From assembly GCA_021399345.1 (NCBI GenBank), contig JAAFKI010000112.1, positions 96,001-160,000 of the forward strand: DNA of 64,000 bases, read 5' to 3'. Position 1 is the first letter of the stretch. Each line of letters begins with the position of its first letter. Made by a program: the position numbers and the translations under genes. The notes under the pieces were generated by a model that worked only from the letters and a program-made list of their open reading frames with translations, was not told the origin of the DNA and made no database searches. This document shows, piece by piece, positions 56,933-64,000 of this stretch. This stretch comes from Candidatus Heimdallarchaeota archaeon. Its GTDB lineage: Archaea; Asgardarchaeota; Heimdallarchaeia; Heimdallarchaeales; Heimdallarchaeaceae.

Positions 56933-58444
56933 TTATTCTTCTTCCCCTTCTCCAAATTCTGTAGTTAATTGTTCATAGAAAGTATCTTCTTCAGATATTG
57001 GCTCAAGTTCACCTTCTGTTATAACTCCTGGTAGCTCTTCTTCCATAAACTCTTGATCTTCAAGCATTGGATCAATTGCATCCTCAAACCTTGATGAGAA
57101 TCTTTCCTGAATATATCCAATTAAAGAGGTCAAAAGTAATACGATGACAACTATCGGAATTAGTAATAAAACTACACCTTCTGGTTGAAGCATTTCTAGA
57201 GAATTGTATATTGAAGGCGGATATCGGAGAATGAACAATAGTATATCTGGATTTAAAATGACATACAATCCACCTAACATAATTAGCACTCTAAAAAGCA
57301 CTGATGTAAGAACATAGACTATAGTCATTAAAGGTTTAATAGTAACTGCAGCACCAACTAATTTTTCGTCAACTCTTGGATCACTATGAACAAGTCCATC
57401 ATGATATCTTTGCAGTCGAGATGTAAGTTTATCTTGTTGACCGCCTGGTCTTGCAAACAGAGAATCCGAAGCTTTCTCCAAGAAGTAAGTCATACCGGAA
57501 ACACCAAATTTTCTTGCGATCGAACTACCTGTTGCTCCTATGGATTGACCAGCTTTTTTCTCTTCTTCATCTTCTTCAGTTTCTGCAGCAAGTATTGGAC
57601 TTGGAGTCGGAGCTCCTGTAATACCTAATCTGAACTCGCTCAACCTATCAAGTGCTCTTAGTACTCTTTGCTGCCTGCTCTGCGCTGGGTTCAATATATG
57701 AGAAATATATGAGATTTGTAACGATATTTCTAAGAATAAATACGACGATAAAGCGATTAATACTACATCATTCGTGAAAAGCTCTCCTATATTCTTTGTA
57801 GGTGAAAATCTGAAATTGCTCTTGAATAGATGTTTTGCACTTCCGTAAAAGACAATAAATTGTATACTTACAAAAGCTGTAGCAGCTGAACGCATATCAG
57901 CTTTGAATAAAAATGCTACCAATGCAATTCCTAATAGGATAACAAAGAACATCAGAATTGATGCTCTGAATATAGCTTTAAGTGGATAGATAGCATTCAT
58001 TTCAAAGAGCTCCCCAAATGGAGAGAATAAATCTGTAGGATCTACCCCAAAGAGTACATCACTATCGATTTCACCTGGAGGTTGAACATTATTAAATAAA
58101 TCACCTGTTAGAAAAGCTCGCGCACCATATAATATTGCCCCCGCATCACTAGATGAAAAAGCTAAAAATATCATTAAAGGTGCAGTGAAAATAATCAGAG
58201 CTATGAGTTCGAGGATTATAAACAGGAATGATAGAGCATCTAACAAATGCCCATCTGGAAATAATGCAGGATTAGCAAAATCAATTAGAGTAAACAGTTC
58301 TACACCGACCCAAACTATAGCACCGATGGCGATTAATCTGCCAATTAGATGAGTTAAAAGGGTCTGAGTTCTTGCTCCTCTTATTCTACTTTGTACTCCT
58401 CTTATTCCCAAGTCAATTATTCTTGTATCTGATAAAGATTCCAT
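56933..58444 (-). CDS. Multi-TM membrane protein, last gene of the MoxR operon
   Basis: About 7 TM, acidic C-tail; start re-set to MESLSD after GGGTGA RBS. Confidence 0.7.
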   Translation of the reverse strand: MESLSDTRIIDLGIRGVQSRIRGARTQTLLTHLIGRLIAIGAIVWVGVELFTLIDFANPALFPDGHLLDALSFLFIILELIALIIFTAPLMIFLAFSSSDAGAILYGARAFLTGDLFNNVQPPGEIDSDVLFGVDPTDLFSPFGELFEMNAIYPLKAIFRASILMFFVILLGIALVAFLFKADMRSAATAFVSIQFIVFYGSAKHLFKSNFRFSPTKNIGELFTNDVVLIALSSYLFLEISLQISYISHILNPAQSRQQRVLRALDRLSEFRLGITGAPTPSPILAAETEEDEEEKKAGQSIGATGSSIARKFGVSGMTYFLEKASDSLFARPGGQQDKLTSRLQRYHDGLVHSDPRVDEKLVGAAVTIKPLMTIVYVLTSVLFRVLIMLGGLYVILNPDILLFILRYPPSIYNSLEMLQPEGVVLLLIPIVVIVLLLTSLIGYIQERFSSRFEDAIDPMLEDQEFMEEELPGVITEGELEPISEEDTFYEQLTTEFGEGEEE

Positions 58445-58451
58445 ACTTTTG

Positions 58452-59900
58452 TCACCCTTGTCTTTGCATCCTGTTAAACTGAGCCATAATTGTTGGTAGA
58501 AAATCATCTGGTCCTACTGAAATAGAAACAGAATCGTACCTTCTCAGTAATTTAAACATGTTCTGTCTTTCTCCTAACTGCTTTTCGACCATTGCATGAC
58601 CAATCATCTGTTCCACTGGAGATAATTGTTGAGAAACAATCTCAAACCAAGGACCAAATGGCGAAATAACGGTTATATTGTGTTTCTGTGCTCTAGCACG
58701 TCTAACAGCTTTCACCAAACGATCGGGATGTGATTCAAGATCAGTTAGAATCACTATATAGGAGGATCTTTTTACTCTTTGAAGTAGGTAGTTTATAGCA
58801 ACTTCAAGATCTGCTTCTCCTTCAGGTTTAGCATAAGCCAAAGCTTCTAGAAATTGGAATAATCTAGTTCGTGTTGAAGTTACATCGATCCAATTCCGAA
58901 CTTTATCGTTATATATACACATCCCAACTAAGTCTTTCTTCTCGAAAGCAAGATGTATTAGTAAAACTGCACTGCGGATTGCATATTCTAGTTTTGTGTT
59001 CCGTGGTAAACCAGCACCCATACTAGCGGAGGAATCTATCAAAACCAGCAAACGGATATTTTCTTCAGATTCAAACTCACGAACCATCATCTTACCAGAA
59101 CGTGAAAAAGCTTTCCAGTCGATGAATTTGAAAGGATCACCAGTTTGATACTTGCGAATACCCCAGAAATCAGATCCCATTCCTTTGAGTTTGGTTCTAT
59201 GGAACCCAAATAGCAATCCAAGTTGCCTCTTCTTACCTACCATATCTAGTTTCTTAATATCCTCATAACTTGGATAAACTAGAATTTCTGTTTTAGATTT
59301 AATTTCACCTTCTGTTGCATAGAAACCCATTCTATCTCTAATTATTACTTTTGTAGGACCGATTTCGAAAAGTCCTCTAATGGGAATTCGAACTACATAT
59401 CCATATGAGATGGTTTGTCTTGGATTAAGTTGCGTTACGATGAAATTTTCTCCAAGAATCAAATCGAAAACTTCTGGTATGGCATCATAGATTTCAATAG
59501 CTGGCAGTTGATTAACTGATTTGTTTCTGGCAGTTACTTCGATATAGACATAATCACCAGCAAAAGCTTTTGGTTTGGACACTCGTCTCTTAATTTCTAT
59601 TGATTTAGGATTAGAGCCCAACCTGTAGAAAGGCAAACCCAATAGAACTGAAAAGATAAGCATCACTCCACCGATAATGAAGAACCAGATGAGAGTTCCT
59701 TGACTATCTACATAAAAATGAAGGAAATCCATAACTCCAAAACCCTCAGGATCTGGGATGAAATCTGGATCATCTATTTGTGGGTTAAAACCAAACGAGT
59801 CAAGCATCACATTGAGTGATAAATATCCCGCTAGTGCAAAGCCTGCGCTAATCATGATGATTCCAGCAAAGATTAGCCAGCCACCTCGGCGAGTAAACAA
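58452..59900 (-). CDS. DUF58 / VWA-like MoxR partner
   Basis: G.DFWGIRKYQTGDPFKFIDWKAFSR..KMMVREFE, DSSASM, TKLEYA. Confidence 0.9.
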   Translation of the reverse strand: MFTRRGGWLIFAGIIMISAGFALAGYLSLNVMLDSFGFNPQIDDPDFIPDPEGFGVMDFLHFYVDSQGTLIWFFIIGGVMLIFSVLLGLPFYRLGSNPKSIEIKRRVSKPKAFAGDYVYIEVTARNKSVNQLPAIEIYDAIPEVFDLILGENFIVTQLNPRQTISYGYVVRIPIRGLFEIGPTKVIIRDRMGFYATEGEIKSKTEILVYPSYEDIKKLDMVGKKRQLGLLFGFHRTKLKGMGSDFWGIRKYQTGDPFKFIDWKAFSRSGKMMVREFESEENIRLLVLIDSSASMGAGLPRNTKLEYAIRSAVLLIHLAFEKKDLVGMCIYNDKVRNWIDVTSTRTRLFQFLEALAYAKPEGEADLEVAINYLLQRVKRSSYIVILTDLESHPDRLVKAVRRARAQKHNITVISPFGPWFEIVSQQLSPVEQMIGHAMVEKQLGERQNMFKLLRRYDSVSISVGPDDFLPTIMAQFNRMQRQG

Positions 59901-59923
59901 TATTTTCCACCTAGTTTTTGATT

Positions 59924-60934
59924 CTATACGGGTACTGGTAGATTTCTCAATATTTCATTGACAACCATTGTACCAGTTGTTCCTTCTAATTCTGCTTCTG
60001 GTTTCATCATTAACCTGTGTGCGGAAGCTACTCTTGCAATACGTTTGATATCGTCAGGAATAACATAATCTCGACCACGCATTGCAGCAACGGATTTAGC
60101 AGCATTTAACAAAGCAATACTACAACGAGGACTACCTCCAAGAGAAAGTCTGGGATCGGTTCGGGTTGAGACGGTCAGGTCTTTGATGTACTCCATAAGA
60201 TCCTCATGGATGTAAATTCTAGACTCAACGGTTTCTTTCATCTTGACAATAGTCATGGGAGTGGTAACTCGTCTGACGGTTTCTCGAACCTGACTGTGTT
60301 TCAACTTAATGATATCCATCTCTTCTTCAGGGGAAGGCAAGTCAACTAGCAGTTTGAACATAAAACGATCAACTTGAGCCTCAGGTAAAGGATACGTCCC
60401 TTCTTGCTCGATGGGATTCTGAGTTGCTATAACCAAAAATGGATCGTCCAGTTTGAATGTTGTTCCTTCTACTGTCACTTGTTTTTCTGCCATTGCTTCC
60501 AATAGAGCTGCTTGTGTCTTTGGCGGACTTCTATTTATTTCGTCTGCTAGAAGTATGTTTGTGAATATTGGTCCTTTTCTCATCTTGAAAGTCCCTGCTT
60601 TTGGATCATATATTGTTGTTCCAACCACATCTGATGGTAGTAAATCTGGAGTGAATTGCACTCTTTTAAACTCACACCCTAGTGTTTGAGCAAACGATTT
60701 CGCCATCACTGTTTTAGCTATTCCTGGAACACCTTCTAACAAAGCGTGTCCTCCTCCAAGTAGCGAGATGAACATATCTTCTAGCACATCCAGTTTTCCA
60801 ATGATCACTCTAGCTAGTTCGTTGTATATTTCATCCCATACTCTCTTTACGTCTTTTGGAGTTACAACTGCTTCAGTAGCTGCTTTCGCTTTTCCTTTTA
60901 CTTCTTCATTTTTTTCTTCACTCATTTTTTTCAC
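59924..60934 (-). CDS. moxR: MoxR family AAA+ ATPase
   Basis: LLEGVPGIAKT, RVQFTPDLLPSD, DEINRSPPKTQAALLEAM, ATQNPIEQEGTYPLPEAQ.DRF. Confidence 0.95.
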   Translation of the reverse strand: MKKMSEEKNEEVKGKAKAATEAVVTPKDVKRVWDEIYNELARVIIGKLDVLEDMFISLLGGGHALLEGVPGIAKTVMAKSFAQTLGCEFKRVQFTPDLLPSDVVGTTIYDPKAGTFKMRKGPIFTNILLADEINRSPPKTQAALLEAMAEKQVTVEGTTFKLDDPFLVIATQNPIEQEGTYPLPEAQVDRFMFKLLVDLPSPEEEMDIIKLKHSQVRETVRRVTTPMTIVKMKETVESRIYIHEDLMEYIKDLTVSTRTDPRLSLGGSPRCSIALLNAAKSVAAMRGRDYVIPDDIKRIARVASAHRLMMKPEAELEGTTGTMVVNEILRNLPVPV

Positions 60935-60947
60935 TTTTCCTTTTTAA

Positions 60948-62612
60948 TTAACCGGGCAATCTATCGATTAAACCCTTTATGAATGTCATATATTTCATAA
61001 ACATGTGTTCTGGTATAATACGTGGTTTTGCCAAATAGGCCTCAATTCTAATTAATGTGTCAAGCAGATCTTTTTGACTTAGTGATGGATCTCTTATACT
61101 GAAGTACTCTGCTATTTCTTGAGGTGAGGACATTGATTGTTTTGTCACCTTTCTCAATCCTCTCAACATTGTTCTGTGAAGTAGACCCACTGCCTCACTA
61201 TATGCCCCCGTGTCAACTATCCTCCGTATCTCTCTTTCAAACCTTGACCTTCCTTTTTCTCCTCTATACTTTGTCCAAAGTATTGGAGTCAGACGGGTTT
61301 TCTTTGGTATCAAACGATATCCCAATATAGCAAAAATAATAGGTATAAATGGTGCATATAGAGGAAACATGGACATTTCTGTAATAAATCTCATTAAAAC
61401 CATGGAGTATACTGTAGCACTATAGAACTTCTGATGTGCGTGCCCTTCATCAAAAATTATGGGTACGGATTTTGGATCAGTTGTATTCATATCTGCTGTA
61501 AGATAATTGAATAAATTGATCGAGAATTGTGCATTATCATTCTCTGTTGGTTGGTCAATCCATTTATTGATAAATATGTCTGGATCTCCAATCATAACTA
61601 TTTTTCCTCGGCCTATTGGTAGAGTCATAATAGGCGCAAACATGGCATTACCCCATTCATCAGCATCAGGTGTTGCTGTTCCTTCCTTTGCAGATTGGAA
61701 ATCTGATTCTAACCAAGATGATTCGGTTGTGTAAAAAGGTAGGAATGGCAAGAAGAAATAACCTGCATCAATACCTAGATGTTCAAGCAAGTTAATAGCT
61801 TGCAGCGGCATCCAATCTGTTCTGTAAGCTTTGACTGTTTCAGCCTCATCTAGAAAGAATGAATGATTTATAGCAACGCTTAATGCTGTTCCAAATTCCA
61901 TCTGAAGTCTATCAACACCAGATGTTAACGGTGTTGAAACAGCTGGGGTTAGAATTGGCTGGGCAGGATTAACTGTATAACTTTCAGCATCCATCAATAC
62001 AGAACCATTAAAAGCAATACCTTTCATCATACCTAGCAGTTCGAAGAAAATGGTTTCTTCTGTTACTCCACCACCCTCTTCACCAAATCCGAACATTTCA
62101 GCTAAGGAAGGTATACCACCCTGCATCATAGCGATTTGATCCCAAGTATTAATTATATTAAATAATGGTTCGAATATTTCAGCCCCTGTTCCATAATCGT
62201 CAGCAACTAGTAAACTTCCTCCTCTCGCTAGGAAAGTTATTAGTGAGATTGTGTCAGTTGTGCTATACTGTGTAGCTGGTCCGATTATCGCAAAAACACC
62301 GGGTTCATATACTCTATTCAACAAAGATAAAGAAGACATACCATTGGTAATACCAGTAAAACCATCATTTTCAAGCACTTGACGTACACTAGATAAACCA
62401 TCCCAACTATCACTATAAATACTGAATTTTGTCCCATATCCACCTAGACCTACAAGACCTAGAAAGATAGGTACTACTACGATCATGAACAGAATAGACA
62501 TCACAATTGTGTATTTTGTGAAACTAAATTTAGGTAATTTAAATCTAGTTCTTGCTCTTGATTGTCTTTCTTGTTCTGCCTTTGCTCTTGGTTGGTTTCC
62601 TTGTTGGCTCAA
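60948..62612 (-). CDS. DUF4350-like membrane-anchored protein (MoxR operon)
   Basis: FSIYSDSWDGLS, GGSLLVADD.G, GRGKIVMIGDPDIFIN, IIFDEGH. Confidence 0.75.
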   Translation of the reverse strand: MSQQGNQPRAKAEQERQSRARTRFKLPKFSFTKYTIVMSILFMIVVVPIFLGLVGLGGYGTKFSIYSDSWDGLSSVRQVLENDGFTGITNGMSSLSLLNRVYEPGVFAIIGPATQYSTTDTISLITFLARGGSLLVADDYGTGAEIFEPLFNIINTWDQIAMMQGGIPSLAEMFGFGEEGGGVTEETIFFELLGMMKGIAFNGSVLMDAESYTVNPAQPILTPAVSTPLTSGVDRLQMEFGTALSVAINHSFFLDEAETVKAYRTDWMPLQAINLLEHLGIDAGYFFLPFLPFYTTESSWLESDFQSAKEGTATPDADEWGNAMFAPIMTLPIGRGKIVMIGDPDIFINKWIDQPTENDNAQFSINLFNYLTADMNTTDPKSVPIIFDEGHAHQKFYSATVYSMVLMRFITEMSMFPLYAPFIPIIFAILGYRLIPKKTRLTPILWTKYRGEKGRSRFEREIRRIVDTGAYSEAVGLLHRTMLRGLRKVTKQSMSSPQEIAEYFSIRDPSLSQKDLLDTLIRIEAYLAKPRIIPEHMFMKYMTFIKGLIDRLPG

Positions 62613-63000
62613 CTACTTCTACACCCTGTTCTCTTATTCCTCTGAAACAGATATCTAGTCTCTGAATTGCTTCTTGATAATCGTCATAAGATATATCGGC
62701 ATCAGTATAACGTGCTATCTCAAATGATGTTAAGTATTCATCCATAACTTCATGTGAAATATTAGCTGTGTTTGCTACATTAATACCAAATTCTCGTCCT
62801 GTTTCATAAGGAGCACGAGCCATGCTAAGAAGACCATCAGCGATGTTTGTTAAACCTCCAAAAGAGGCTATTACAGCACCTCTATAGTCTTGTCGTTGCT
62901 CGAAAATTCTAACATCTGCCATTACAGATGTAAACATTTGGTTTAAAGCCTTAACTTGTTTTCTTCTTTTAAAGAATCCAGAGGATTTACTACGACTCAA
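62545..63000 (-). CDS. DUF4129-like small protein
   Basis: ETGREF...LTSFEIARY. Confidence 0.7.
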   Translation of the reverse strand: MSRSKSSGFFKRRKQVKALNQMFTSVMADVRIFEQRQDYRGAVIASFGGLTNIADGLLSMARAPYETGREFGINVANTANISHEVMDEYLTSFEIARYTDADISYDDYQEAIQRLDICFRGIREQGVEVVEPTRKPTKSKGRTRKTIKSKN

Positions 63001-64000
63001 TTTTCATTTCACCTACTTCAATTTTATCTACTATTTTTAATAATGCACGCACTCCAGCATTGAAATCTTTTTCAGTGATTTCCTCAAAACCATATCGTGC
63101 TTTTTCGAAATACTCTAAAAGAGTACCAATGAGCTCGCGCTCAATTTTACTTTTGTAAGCTAATAATCTTGCAAATTCTGTAGGAGTCTGACTCCTATAT
63201 CTTGGGAGATCATAGAATTCTCTACCAATACCCTCCACAACACTCCATGTCTTTAACAAACCCTGTTTATATCTTCCCTCTAGCCCATCTTTCTTAATAT
63301 CATCAATTATCTCTCGCAGATAATCTCTCAATCTTCTTCTGAATGTTTGTTTCTGGGCATATGTTTTGATTGTATGTCTATTGAACCAGAGGAATAAACC
63401 TGCTAGAATAAGAACAACTGCACCAGCTGCTCCACCTATAATTGCTCCTAAATTACCTATTCCTAATCCACTGCTTTCATAGACTACTGATAAGCTTCTT
63501 AATACAGAACCCGTATTTTCAACTGCATCAGTTGCTGCTATCGTATAAAGGAGAGCATATGTTCCTGAAGTTCTGAATCTAAATTGTGACAAATCTACTG
63601 TTGCTGTGAAAATATCACTAGTACCTATTCTAGTCATTTCTACAGAATAATCTTCAACAACAATTGTAGTTCCAAGTGAAATTGTAATATTAATAGTAAC
63701 AGTAGAAACATTGGTTAATATGTCTATTACTGATGCATTGAATGTTAAAACAGAATCAGGATCAGCTGTACCATTAATTGCATTTACAGTAATTGCGAAA
63801 ATGTTAGGACTATCAGAATCATCTGTAATGAAAAACATTGAAGGAAATAATCCTAGATTAGGCTGAGGTAATGCATTATCATAAGCTCCATAATACCAAG
63901 TATAGTTGTAATTATAATCTAAATCTATATGGTAAGTCCATTCATTTGTAAATGGAACATTTATCATAAGATCTTGAAAGTTTACATCTACAACATTTGT
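62990..64000 (-). CDS. Membrane protein with extracellular Ig-like region and C-terminal DUF4129 (5' part outside window)
   Basis: Frame open to the window edge; TM; SQTPTEF...FEKARYG. Confidence 0.75.
   Translation of the reverse strand, partial: TNVVDVNFQDLMINVPFTNEWTYHIDLDYNYNYTWYYGAYDNALPQPNLGLFPSMFFITDDSDSPNIFAITVNAINGTADPDSVLTFNASVIDILTNVSTVTINITISLGTTIVVEDYSVEMTRIGTSDIFTATVDLSQFRFRTSGTYALLYTIAATDAVENTGSVLRSLSVVYESSGLGIGNLGAIIGGAAGAVVLILAGLFLWFNRHTIKTYAQKQTFRRRLRDYLREIIDDIKKDGLEGRYKQGLLKTWSVVEGIGREFYDLPRYRSQTPTEFARLLAYKSKIERELIGTLLEYFEKARYGFEEITEKDFNAGVRALLKIVDKIEVGEMKIES

Noticed and set aside
56933-64000. MoxR-DUF58-DUF4350-DUF4129 operon as a novel system
   Set aside because: Widespread, already recognised gene cluster in archaea and bacteria
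1-64000. tRNA or rRNA genes
   Set aside because: No cloverleaf or rRNA-like GC-rich segment recognised by eye; tRNAscan-SE not run

Overview
AT-rich archaeal DNA, with GGTGA/GAGGTG ribosome-binding sites and TATA-box promoters. Gene content points to an Asgard archaeon, probably Heimdallarchaeia-like (inference): Rab-like GTPases, a TPR-longin-like protein, a stand-alone EF-2 with an altered diphthamide loop, a PIG-B/Alg9-like GT22 and many C-terminally anchored surface proteins. Most of the window is recognisable metabolism and envelope genes: an FAD oxidase-EtfBA cluster, cofG/cofH with a RibD-type reductase, PTPS-III with mptE, a MoxR/DUF58 operon, two helicases and M20 amidohydrolases. 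The stand-out is 12.5-17.7 kb. It holds four copies of an unrecognised CxxC...HxC protein family (a fifth copy is at 1.6-2.1 kb). These alternate with two tandem paralogous operons of microproteins (44-86 aa, plus one 138-aa repeat protein), four of them missing from the ORF track. Each operon has its own palindromic operator placed directly after its TATA box. Operon A also contains a ~400-nt GC-rich, ORF-free, pseudoknotted putative RNA on the opposite strand and a ~150-nt structured leader. I cannot assign this locus to any known system. All translations, alignments and base-pairings were done by eye; no database searches were run.
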